Positions 28,549-39,400 of a stretch of DNA of 64,000 bases are shown piece by piece; positions within the stretch are counted from its first letter, which is position 1; each line of letters begins with the position of its first letter. The notes beneath the pieces were generated by a model. It ran no database searches and was not told the DNA's origin. It saw only the letters and a list, made by a program, of their open reading frames with translations. Source of the stretch: an uncultured Rickettsiales bacterium (GTDB taxonomy: Bacteria > Pseudomonadota > Alphaproteobacteria > Rickettsiales > UBA1997); the NCBI GenBank assembly GCA_944392135.1, contig CALXVQ010000005.1, positions 1,245-65,244 of the forward strand, given 5' to 3'. The position numbers and the translations under genes were made by a program.

Positions 28549-28554
28549 ATAATA

Positions 28555-28592
28555 AAAATAGATAAAACCCCACCAATTACTTGATGGGGTTT
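28555..28592 (-). terminator. rho-independent terminator of rplU-rpmA
   Basis: AAACCCCA (28565-28572) pairs with TGGGGTTT (28585-28592). On the minus strand the stem is followed by a U-rich run. It lies 20 nt after the rpmA stop. Confidence 0.6.
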
Positions 28593-28611
28593 GAAACAAC
28601 TTATCTTTTAA

Positions 28612-28878
28612 TTATTCATTAGGAAGTTCAACAACTGTAATGTAAGTTTTTTCTTTTCTTCCCTTTTTTATAAACTTAACAATACCAGCTATTTTAGCAT
28701 ATATTGTGTGATCTCTACCAATTCCGGTATTTTCACCAGGATGCCATTTTGTGCCTCTTTGTCTGCAAAGAATATTTCCTGCTTGAACTAATTCTTCACC
28801 ATTCTTTTTAATCCCTAATCGTCTACCAGCTGAGTCTTTTTTTTGACTTGTAGCTCCACCACCTTTTTTATGTGCCAT
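28612..28878 (-). CDS. rpmA: 50S ribosomal protein L27
   Basis: [40 protein letters not shown]. Confidence 0.95.
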   Translation of the reverse strand: MAHKKGGGATSQKKDSAGRRLGIKKNGEELVQAGNILCRQRGTKWHPGENTGIGRDHTIYAKIAGIVKFIKKGRKEKTYITVVELPNE

Positions 28879-28899
28879 TTCTAATTACCTCAATATTTA

Positions 28900-29217
28900 T
28901 TAAGCAATTTTTATATCTACAATTTTTAATTTTGTTTTGGTCTGTCTATGACCATTTTTTCTTCTAGAATTTTTTCTTCTTCTTTTAACAAAGTCAATAA
29001 CTTTATCGTCTTTATATGTTTTTACGATCTCAGCTTCAACTTTAACATTCTTCAATAAAGGGTTACCAATTAAAGAAGTTTCATCTTCTTTTTGAACAAA
29101 AAGTACATTTTCTAAAACAACTTTTGTACCTTCTTCACCTTCAAGTTTCTCAACATCAATTGTGTTTCCAGGAGCAACTCTATATTGATTACCACCAGTT
29201 TCAATTATTGCAAACAT
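28900..29217 (-). CDS. rplU: 50S ribosomal protein L21
   Basis: MFAIIETGGNQYRV is the canonical L21 N-terminus. The track ORF extends 12 codons further upstream to 29253, but the internal Met at 29217 fits better. Confidence 0.9.
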   Translation of the reverse strand: MFAIIETGGNQYRVAPGNTIDVEKLEGEEGTKVVLENVLFVQKEDETSLIGNPLLKNVKVEAEIVKTYKDDKVIDFVKRRRKNSRRKNGHRQTKTKLKIVDIKIA

Positions 29218-29320
29218 TTTCTCTTTCTTATTTTTAATACTAAAATCCCACATGGGAACAACATACCTAATATTAAATAATGTAAATAATTTATTGTCAA
29301 GTAAAAAATAATCTTTTTTA

Positions 29321-30484
29321 TTACTTATTTAAAAAATTTTCTAAATCTTTAAATATTTCTTTTGAACTTTCAAAAAAATTAGGAGTTGTCTTAAAATTCA
29401 TATCTATAATATCAGTACTAGATGATTGATTTTCAGTATCAAAAACAATATTAATATATTTTTTTATACAATTTAAAAAATCATCAACTTTTATATATAG
29501 TAATTCTGGCTTTATGGGATTATAAATAGACATATTATTACTTTGTATATTTAATTCTTCAAGCCTTGTATTATAAAATCTATTTATTGTATCTTGATAT
29601 TCTTGCAAATCTTCAATAGATTCATTCAAATAAGTAAATAATGTATTTTCTGGTAAATAATCAAAAATAGTTTCTAAATTATTTTTATAAAATAGAGGCA
29701 ACCAATTTTCACAACCATCATAAAAAATACTATTTGATATATTTTGATATATTTTGTCATTTTGATTTTGAATATCAAAATAATTAGAATAATTTATTTT
29801 AAAATTCTTAATATTTTCTTTATTGAAAAGAACTTCTTTTATTGGCAAAATCAAAATTTCTTCAAAATTATGAAGGCTTACTTGCGTTTCTGGATTAAAA
29901 GATTTTATTTCTTGTATAATATTATTTTTTAATATAATTCTATAAGCTTGATTATCAAAAGTAATAATATCAATATTGCTATTATTTATACTATAATTTC
30001 CAACACTTGTACAAGTATCTACACTAGAATAACAATTATCAATTAAAATATTTTTAATATCGTCAAGTTTAATTTTTTGACCTTGATAAAAATTTATAAA
30101 TTTAAAATCTTTTTTATTTATAACCCTTTGTAAAATAGCTTGTTTTGATATTATAAATAATACTTTTTTATTTTTAAATAATGTTTTATAATTCAAAAGT
30201 TTATATAAAGCTTCCATTCTAGAAGTTTGAATTCTTAATTGTGGAGAATTAACATCATATGGCAAAGTGTTCCATTCTGGAAATTCTATAATTTCTATTT
30301 CACTGGAATAAAATTTTATTTCGTTTTTAATTAATTCTAGATTAAAATTATTTTTTGCAATATATGTAATAAATTTATTCTTAGAATTAAATAAATTAAA
30401 TAAAACATATGGTACAGCATCATCAGTTATATTTTGCAATACAACAGAATCTTTTATACTTTTTATTTCTTTTTTGTAATTCAT
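29321..30484 (-). CDS. stand-alone Mfd (TRCF) N-terminal UvrB-homology module; translocase part absent
   Basis: Co-linear by eye with E. coli Mfd residues ~1-380. FPEWNTLPYDVNSPQLRIQTSRMEALYKLL aligns with ADWETLPYDSFSPHQDIISSRLSTLYQL. IFYDGCENWLPLFY aligns with LPAGIEYWQPLFF. LETIFDYLPENTLF aligns with LPPLFSYFPANTLL. The ORF stops before the RID and ATPase domains, and the next gene downstream is rplU. Confidence 0.7.
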   Translation of the reverse strand: MNYKKEIKSIKDSVVLQNITDDAVPYVLFNLFNSKNKFITYIAKNNFNLELIKNEIKFYSSEIEIIEFPEWNTLPYDVNSPQLRIQTSRMEALYKLLNYKTLFKNKKVLFIISKQAILQRVINKKDFKFINFYQGQKIKLDDIKNILIDNCYSSVDTCTSVGNYSINNSNIDIITFDNQAYRIILKNNIIQEIKSFNPETQVSLHNFEEILILPIKEVLFNKENIKNFKINYSNYFDIQNQNDKIYQNISNSIFYDGCENWLPLFYKNNLETIFDYLPENTLFTYLNESIEDLQEYQDTINRFYNTRLEELNIQSNNMSIYNPIKPELLYIKVDDFLNCIKKYINIVFDTENQSSSTDIIDMNFKTTPNFFESSKEIFKDLENFLNK

Positions 30485-30531
30485 AATCTAAAATAAAAAT
30501 AAATCACCAGAAATTAATCTGATGAATAAAA

Positions 30532-31791
30532 TTAAAACTTAAATGAATAAGAAACCATAAATGCCCAAGAGTCTGAATTATGTGTCCATTTTTGTTTATT
30601 TCCAACTCCTGCAAAACCATCGGCTTTCATAGTATTCTTTTCCCAAATTTTAGCAAAATCTAACATTAAGCCACAATCAAACTTATAACCAGCTGATAAT
30701 TGTGTTAAATGACTAAAATAATTTTTATAACCATCTTCATTATCAAACTTAAATGTGCTTGTAGCAATAAAATGCCAACCATCAATTATAATAGGCAAAA
30801 AAGTTGTAAAATATGTAAGATTTCTATCTTCCATACCATCATAATTATTAAAATAAGCTACTTCGGCAAATGGTAAGAAATTTACATCATAAGGTAATTC
30901 CATAAGATATTCACCGCTTAATACAAAGCCTTTTTCTGGTTGTTCTGTTTCTAAATCAACATCTAAATATCTAAAACCAAGATTAAGTGATAAATTTTCA
31001 AACTGCCCATCATATGTAATAGAAAAATTATTTAATTTTTCAGTATTTCCGGCACCACCTTCACTTTCGTCCTTTTTAATAGAATTAAACATTGTCCTAC
31101 TTAAACCAGTTTTATCATCAAAAAAAGCATTAAATGTTATGGTACCAACCGGCAAAATTGCAGATATATAACCACCAATTTTTCCTGTCATTTCATATTC
31201 TTCTGCCATCGATATACCATATACACCACTAAATCTAGCTTTATCATAAGCTTTTGCAAATGTAGGATTTATCTTACCTAAACCTATTGCAAAATTATCA
31301 TTTTTATAACCAATATTTAATGTTTCAACAGCTAAACCATAACTTGAAAATTGAAACTTTCTTTTGATATAATCTTGTTTTCCATAAAAATCACTATTTA
31401 AACTATTACCAACAATATAGCCAGGGTTCTCAGCATAAATATCACCTGTATAAACTCTATCATTAACAGGACTTAATTGCCATTTTGTTTCAGCAAAAAA
31501 ACCTTGCTTAAATTGTAATCTTAATAAAGCTTCAAGATTCAAATAATAATCATTTTTACTATCATGTGGATTTACAATATCATCTTTACTGTCTAATGCA
31601 TTAATATAATATTCAGCTAAAATATGTCCTTCAAACTTTGGATAATAATTTGTATTTTGAGTAGCTGGCTTATATGTTTTTGTACTTGATGTATTACTAT
31701 CATCTACATATATGTCAGTATCATAATCAATAGCGAAAGCTGGTAAACTAGCTAATAATAAAGATGTAAAAAGTAAATATTTAAATTTCAT
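30532..31791 (-). CDS. outer-membrane beta-barrel (porin-like) protein
   Basis: Signal peptide MKFKYLLFTSLLLASLPAFA, alternating amphipathic strands and a C-terminal aromatic signature SYSFKF. Confidence 0.6.
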   Translation of the reverse strand: MKFKYLLFTSLLLASLPAFAIDYDTDIYVDDSNTSSTKTYKPATQNTNYYPKFEGHILAEYYINALDSKDDIVNPHDSKNDYYLNLEALLRLQFKQGFFAETKWQLSPVNDRVYTGDIYAENPGYIVGNSLNSDFYGKQDYIKRKFQFSSYGLAVETLNIGYKNDNFAIGLGKINPTFAKAYDKARFSGVYGISMAEEYEMTGKIGGYISAILPVGTITFNAFFDDKTGLSRTMFNSIKKDESEGGAGNTEKLNNFSITYDGQFENLSLNLGFRYLDVDLETEQPEKGFVLSGEYLMELPYDVNFLPFAEVAYFNNYDGMEDRNLTYFTTFLPIIIDGWHFIATSTFKFDNEDGYKNYFSHLTQLSAGYKFDCGLMLDFAKIWEKNTMKADGFAGVGNKQKWTHNSDSWAFMVSYSFKF

Positions 31792-31800
31792 ATTTTCTCC

Positions 31801-33342
31801 CTAAATATTAATCTTTCGTGGTTGAAATTTTTCTAACCATACATATAATAATAACTTTGTCAACAATACACCTGAAAATAAAGATGTTAAAATACCCATT
31901 CCTAAAACAAGAGCAAAACCTTTAACTGCACCTGTACCTAATACATATAATATTACAGCAACTATAATTGTTGTAATATTTGAGTCAAAAATTGTAGCCC
32001 AAGCATAATTAAAACCATTAGCCACAGAATTATAAATTTTTCCTGTATTCTTATATTCTTCTTTAATTCTTTCAAAAATTAAAATATTAGTATCAACTGC
32101 CATACCTATTGAAAGTACTATACCTGCAATACCCGGCAAAGTTAAAGTTGCATTTAATAAAGATAAAACAGCTAATGTCAAAACTAAATTTATTGTAAGT
32201 GTAATTGTTGATATAATACCAAAGAACTTATACAGACTTAGCATAAATACAAACACTATAATAAGTCCCAAAGCACAAGCTTCTAAACCACTTTTAATAG
32301 AATCTTCACCTAATGATGGACCAACAACTCTTTCTTCTATAATATCCAAAGGTGCTGGCAAAGCCCCTGCCCTTAATAATAAAGCAACTTGATTAGCCTC
32401 TTCTGATGTAAAATTACCAGTAATAATACCACTACCACCCAATATTGGTGTATTGATTCTTGGAGCAGTAATAACTTCATCATCCAGAACAATAGCAAGT
32501 ACCTTACCAATATTATTTTTTGTAATTTCAGAAAATTTTCTTGCACCTATATTATTCATTTTAAAACTAACAACTGGTTTACCTTCTGAATAAGTAGCAC
32601 TAGCATCTTGCAATAAATCGCCATTTAAAACAACTTGTTTATCAACATAATAGTAATAATCACTATTCATTTCTTTCGTTTTTTGAATATTATTAGGCAA
32701 TAAGTTTTCGTCTACAATACTTGTATTTACAAAATGAAATGTCATTTTTGCAGTTTTACCAAGAACTTTTTTTAATTCATCAGGACTTTCCATACCAGGA
32801 ACTTGAACTAAAATTCTATCCCTACCCTGAGCTTGAATAATAGGTTCTTTTGTGCCAGTTTCATCTATTCTTTTTCTAACAATTTCAATAGATTGTTCTA
32901 ATAACTTATATTTTGCCTTATTTATGGCATTTTTGTCATATCTAATTTCAACATTATCATCTTTTTCAAAGACAACTAAATCTGAATTTATATCTTTAAC
33001 TATATCTTTAATTTCCTTAAAATCATTATCCAATAAAGGAAGTGAAATATATACTTCTTTGTCATTATCTTCATTAGAATCAATCTTCATTTTAGGAACT
33101 GTTCTTATTTTATTTTTTCTAAATTCTGTTTTTAATTCATCCATTGTAAATTGTAATTGATCTTTAATATAAGCATCATAATCAATTTTTAACAAAAGTT
33201 GAGAACCACCTTTTAAATCAAGTCCTAAATGAACCTTATTATCAGAAAAAATACCTAAATCAAAAAAATTACCCAAACTAATTAATAAACCCAATAAGCA
33301 AACTGCTAAAATAGAACATATTTTTGTCTTTGAAAATTCCAT
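31801..33342 (-). CDS. secD: protein translocase subunit SecD
   Basis: N-terminal TM helix, large periplasmic domain (LGLDLKGGSQLLL, ETGTKEPIIQAQGRDRILVQVPG) and a C-terminal 5-TM block (LPGIAGIVLSIGMAVDTNILIFERIKEE). Confidence 0.85.
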   Translation of the reverse strand: MEFSKTKICSILAVCLLGLLISLGNFFDLGIFSDNKVHLGLDLKGGSQLLLKIDYDAYIKDQLQFTMDELKTEFRKNKIRTVPKMKIDSNEDNDKEVYISLPLLDNDFKEIKDIVKDINSDLVVFEKDDNVEIRYDKNAINKAKYKLLEQSIEIVRKRIDETGTKEPIIQAQGRDRILVQVPGMESPDELKKVLGKTAKMTFHFVNTSIVDENLLPNNIQKTKEMNSDYYYYVDKQVVLNGDLLQDASATYSEGKPVVSFKMNNIGARKFSEITKNNIGKVLAIVLDDEVITAPRINTPILGGSGIITGNFTSEEANQVALLLRAGALPAPLDIIEERVVGPSLGEDSIKSGLEACALGLIIVFVFMLSLYKFFGIISTITLTINLVLTLAVLSLLNATLTLPGIAGIVLSIGMAVDTNILIFERIKEEYKNTGKIYNSVANGFNYAWATIFDSNITTIIVAVILYVLGTGAVKGFALVLGMGILTSLFSGVLLTKLLLYVWLEKFQPRKINI

Positions 33343-33420
33343 ATTAAAATTTAAAAATTTATAAATACTAGAACAATTTTATAAAGTATTATTAATTAAT
33401 TTTCAATATTTTTTTCACTA

Positions 33421-33460
33421 GATATAAAAAATGGTCCACTAATTTTAGTGAACCATTTTT
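33421..33460 (-). terminator. rho-independent terminator of the giant repeat gene
   Basis: 14-bp stem with one mismatch (33427-33441 pairs with 33446-33460). It is followed on the minus strand by UUUUUU and lies 19 nt after the stop codon. Confidence 0.6.
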
Positions 33461-33478
33461 GAGTATAATTATTAATAA

Positions 33479-36400
33479 TTATTTACTTTTTCCTTGCTTG
33501 TTATAATTAATATTATTTAAATCATCCGGAGAAGAAACTGTATGTTTTGATTTCTTATCAGATGCATTTTTTTCAACAATATTATTTTCATAACTCTTTC
33601 CTTTATTGCTCTTACTATTAATATCAAAAGATTGATTCTTTTCTTGTTCTTCTTCTTGTTGTTTTTGTAATATTTGTTTAAGAAGCATTCTTATTAAAGC
33701 TGCTAAAATAATACTAGCAACAGAATATGTAGCTATTATAGCTGGGTTGGTTAATATATCATCAATAGATGGGAATACTTTAATATCTTCAACAGTATCA
33801 AAACCATTATCATCCAAACTCTTATTTAAAGCACCTAAAAATTCTTCTTTTGTTTTTACTCCATCAAGTTCCATATCATCCACAACTTTTTGTGTTGTTT
33901 CTAAAAGTTTTGGATTTGTTTCACCTAATAATTCTTCTAATTCTTCATTTAATGCCTTCTTTAAACCTTCATAATCACTTCTTTGTAGATAATTAGAAAG
34001 TTCTTCATTATTTTCAAATATAGTATTAAATATTTTTTTATTTTCATCTGTAATCACATTTTCTTTATTCATTATACTATATGTAGCACTTTTAATATCA
34101 TCAAAACTATTATCCCCTTCAGAATTTGTTTGACTTGATGAATTTTGTAAGTTATTTTGATTATTATTAGATTCTTCTAAAGTTGTTGAATTATGACCAT
34201 TAGCAGAAATTTGGTTAGCAACAACAAACGAAGATGGAGTTTGTGGCCTAACGACAGCAAATGACAAGTTTGGTTGAGGTCTAAACAATTCACTTATTTC
34301 AGGTTTATTATAAATACCATTGCCTTGTGATATAAAATCATCTAAATCAACAGAATTATTTTCACCAGTAGAAACAATTTGATTTGTTTTTGAATTATAT
34401 ATTGCTACAAAATCTTCTGTTTCTTGATCTTGAATGAAATATATAAAATTATTCCCCTCATTAGTATCAATTCTAATCATATTATATGATTCACCATTAA
34501 TTTCAACAATAGTATTTTCATCATTAAAAATAAAAGAAACAGAATTTATATTTGATGTATCTAATGGTTCACCTGTTAAAGGATAATAATTATTATTTGA
34601 TGCTTGTGCTAAATAAATAGAATTATTTTCACCAACAGAAACGATTTGATTTGTTTCTGAATTATACAAACCTACAAATGTACTATTGGATGGATTTTGT
34701 ATAATATAAACATGTGAACCACTTTCAAAAGGAATTAAATTATATCTTAAATTATCTATAATAATTTTTTCATCATTAATATTTAGAACTACATTGTTAA
34801 TATTAGATGTATTTAATTTATAACTATCATTAAATTGTGATAAATTTATATAATAATTATCAGAAGCCAAAAAATTATCTAAACTAATAGAATTATCTTG
34901 TCCTGAAGAAATTATTTTATTTGTATTTAAATCATATATTGCAATAGTTTTTCCTGCATTATCTTCAATAGCATATATAGTATTTCCAGTATTTTCATCA
35001 GTATATAATGCTGTAAGAGTACATTGTAAATTTTCAGTAGTATCTCCATTAGTTATATTAAGGTTTATAGTTTTGTTTTCACCTTCAAGATTTAAAGCGA
35101 CATAATTTATATTAGATGTATTTATTGGTGTACCTGTTAAAGGATAATAATTATTATCTGGTGCTTGAGCTAAATGAATAGAATTATCTTGTCCCGAAGA
35201 AATAATTTGATTTGTTTCTGAATTATATACTGCTATAATATTTCCAGATGAATCTTTAACAACCCACATATCAATATTATCACCATTAGCATCTTTCATT
35301 TGTTCAAGATTATACTCTGAACTATCAATATATATATTTTTATTATTAATATCTACATTAACATACTCTATATCAGATGTATTCAATGCATTATTTGAGA
35401 AATTAATATATTGGCCGTTGTATAATGTAAAGCTATCATTTAAATTAATAGAATTATCTTGTCCCGAAGAAATAATTTGATTTGTAGCTTTGTCATATAT
35501 ACCAACTTTTATATTATTATCATCAACAATATAACATAAATTACCATTACTTTCAGCGAAATTTTCAAGAGTATATGATTTTCCATCAATAACAAATGAA
35601 TCATTACCAACAATTACATTACTTATAGCTGATGTAGATAAATTACTATCTATACAACAGAAATGATTATTTAATACTTCAACACAATTTATGTTATTAC
35701 TTGAACCTGCGGAAAATATTTTCTGATTTGCTATATCAAAAATGGCAACATCTTCACCTTTATCATTTTGTATATATTTTACATTATTATCCCCATAAAT
35801 ATCAGATAATTTATATTCAACACCATCTATAATAATCTTATTATTATCAATAATGGTAACACTTTCTATATTGGATACTGTAATAGAAGAATCTAATGCA
35901 TATATTTTGCTATCATCATTTACAGCAAATAAATACGATCCCCTATCAGAAAATCTTATTTTACCTTGATTAAGATCAAATTCAATTGAAAAATCACTTT
36001 GAAAATCATATTTTCCATAAGTATACAACCCATCTATTTTTAATCCTTGATTGTCTGTAACTGGGTTAACAACTACAGAATATCCATCTATTACTAATAT
36101 TCCATTCTCTTCTTTTATGGTTTCAAATGGTAAGGATTTTATGTCAAAATAACCATTATTATTAAAATCTTCATTATAATTAGAGAAATTATGAGTAAAA
36201 TCATTATTTATAGTAATTGTTTTGTTATTAGCATTAAATACAGAACCAACAGCACCTCCAATTTTATAATCATTACCACCAATATTTTCAAGATTAAATT
36301 CGTAATCATTTATTGTTATAGTTTTAAAATATCTATCACGAGAAATACCATAAATATCTAATTTTGTTATATCTATAAATTCACCACCTATTGTTTGTGA

Positions 36401-39400
36401 AAAATCACTATAATCAATCGTTTCTCCATTAATTGTTAGTGATTTGTTTTCCGGATCAAAAATCCAATTACTATTATCATTAATTATATATTTACCTTGT
36501 GAATTAGGACCTGAAATATTAAGTTCATAATCATTTAAAACAATCTTATTATTATTAAGATCATAAGATAAAGACTTAATAACTGATGCATCCGATAAAT
36601 ATTTTTCATTGTTTATATTAATAAAATTAGAATCAAGATCAATATCTTTTCTAGTACCATCTGATTCTATAATTACAATATTATTATCTTGATTTATTGA
36701 TTCATATACAGCAACATTACGACCAAATTCATCTTGAATATATTTACAATCTTGATTTGCTGTAGAATATGGCTTTAATGAATACTCTTTACCATTTATA
36801 ATAATACTATCATCACCATTAATCAAAACATCTTTTATATCATCTTCATATAAACGATAATCTTCTGAAAGAAAATACAAATTACCAGAATTTGGATTTT
36901 CTGGATGCATGCTAGTATATACAAAAGTTTCCCCATTAATAGTAAAAGTTTTTGTGTTTGTATCAAGTATTATATCTGGATTAGCTTCATAAATTCCATT
37001 ATCTGATGTTGTGGTATGCACACTCCATAGTACATTATTAAATTCACTACCAACTTCTACAGAAGAACCAGTCATTATTTGTATCATATATTCCCCTTCA
37101 CTATCAAGTGTTTGTCTAACAACCATGATATCTACTTGCTCTGGATTAAGATATTGATTATCATATAAAGAGTGAGGAATAAAATCATCCTTAATATTAT
37201 ACAATGGTCCATTATTACTCAATTTTAATTCACCTGTATTTGGATTAAAGCTACTTCCATTCACACCATTAATTTTATAACATCCAGTCGTCACATCATA
37301 AGAAGTAAGTCCGAATGTATATTCATTAATACTTATTGTACTATTAGTCCACTTTACTGCTTCAACATCCAAAGAAGACAAATCTACATAATCATTTCCT
37401 ATTGTTTTAGTATAATCATTAATATTAATCGCATTATTTTGTCCAGAAGAAATAATAGTCTTGTTTTCCTTGTCATAAAGAGCTACAATATTATTTTGAT
37501 TATCCTTTATATAAAATATATTATCTTCAGCTTGTATAAAAGAAGTATACAATATATCATTAATTTTAAGTCCTGCAGGAATACCACTATTTTCAGAAAA
37601 CTGTATATAAAAAGATTCTACACTACTTAAATCTTGCAAACTATTACTTGAAAGAAGATATTGTTTATCATTAACGGAAGCTATATTAAAGCTTTGAGTA
37701 TCTGATATTTTTAATTCTCCTGTAAATGGATTAAATTGTGTAAACTCTGAACCACCAATAATATAGTAATCACCATTCGATGAATAATCAAAATTAAATT
37801 CATGATCATTTATTAGTATTTTAGAACCATTATATGATACAGATGTAATATCTAAAGCAGATAAATTTACATATTCACCATTAGAATTTAATGCAAAATT
37901 AGCAGAATTATTTTCACCAGCGGAAATAATTTGATTTGTATTTGAATCATATAGTGCAATAATATTTTGTTCATTATCTTTAATAGCATATACAATATTG
38001 CCTTCACTATCAATATATAATTCTTCAAGAGTACATTGTAAATTTTCAGTAGTATTTCCATTAGTTATATTAAGGTTTATAGTTTTGTTTTCACCTTCAA
38101 GATTTAAAGCAATAGAATTTATATTAGATGTATTTATTGGTGTACCTGTTAAAGGATAATAATTATTATTTGATGCTTGTGCTAAATAAATGGAATTATT
38201 TTCACCAACAGAAACAATTTGATTTGTATTTGAATCATATAATGCAATAATATTTTGTTCATTATCTTTAATAGCATATACAATATTGCCTTCACTATCA
38301 GTATATAATTCTGTAAGAGTACATTGTAAATTTTGAGTACCAGTTTCAGTATTTACATTAATATTTATTGTTTGATTTTGTGTATCTAAAGCAACAGAAT
38401 TTATACTTGATGTACTTAATGCATTATCTGCTGATATATTTATATATCTACCATCATAAATTGTAAAGTTATTTAAGTTAACAGAATTATTTTGTCCTGC
38501 AAAAATAGTTGGACTATTTCCCAAATTATCATATACTGCTATAATATTTCCAGATGAATCTTTAATAGCCCACATATCAATATTTTGACCACTAGCATCT
38601 TTCATTTGTTCAATATCATATTGCTGTGTACCATTAATTATTATTTCATTATTTGTAGAATCAATATATATACTATTTATATTAGATGTAGCTAATGGAG
38701 TATTTGAGAAATTAATATATTGACTATTGTATAATGTAAAGTCATTATTTAAATTAATAGAATTATCTTGTCCCGAAGAAATGATTTTATTTGTATTTGA
38801 ATCATATAATGCAATAATATTTTGTTCATTATCTTTAATAGCATATACAATATTGCCTTCACTATCAGTATATAATTCTGTAAGAGTACATTGTAAATTT
38901 TCAGTAGTATCTCCATTAGTTATATTAAGGTTTATTGTTTGATTTTGTGTATCTAAAGCAACAGAATTTATATTAGATGTCTCTAATGGTGTACCTGTTA
39001 GTTTAAAATATTGATTATTAGACATTGCAAAACTTTCATCTAAATCAACACAATTATCTTGTCCCGAAGAAATAATTTGATTTGTATTTGAATCATATAA
39101 TGCAATAGTTTTTCCTGTATTATCTTGAATAGCATATACAATATTTCCTTCATCATCAGTATATAATGCTGTAAGATTACATTGTAAATTTAGAGTACCA
39201 ATTTCAGTATTTACATTAATATTTATTGTTTGATTTTGTGTATCTAAAACAACAGAATTTATACTTGATGTCTCTAATGGTGCAAGTGTTAAATTTAAAA
39301 TATCAGGATCTGTATTAGATGTAATTATTGATACACCCGTTAAAGGATAATAATTATTATTTGGTGCTTGGACTAAATTAATAGAATCATTTTCGCCTGC

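Noticed and set aside
27750-28550. Track ORFs 27750-28184, 28067-28321 and 28344-28550
   Set aside because: They are read-throughs of palindromic repeat units in both orientations. Peptides such as SLREPKVRGNL and VIASEAKQSI are simply translated repeat arms. The ORFs overlap each other and have no credible starts or domain content.
31801-33342. secD lacking an adjacent secF
   Set aside because: Separation of secD and secF occurs in several reduced genomes. It cannot be evaluated without the rest of the chromosome and is probably not meaningful.
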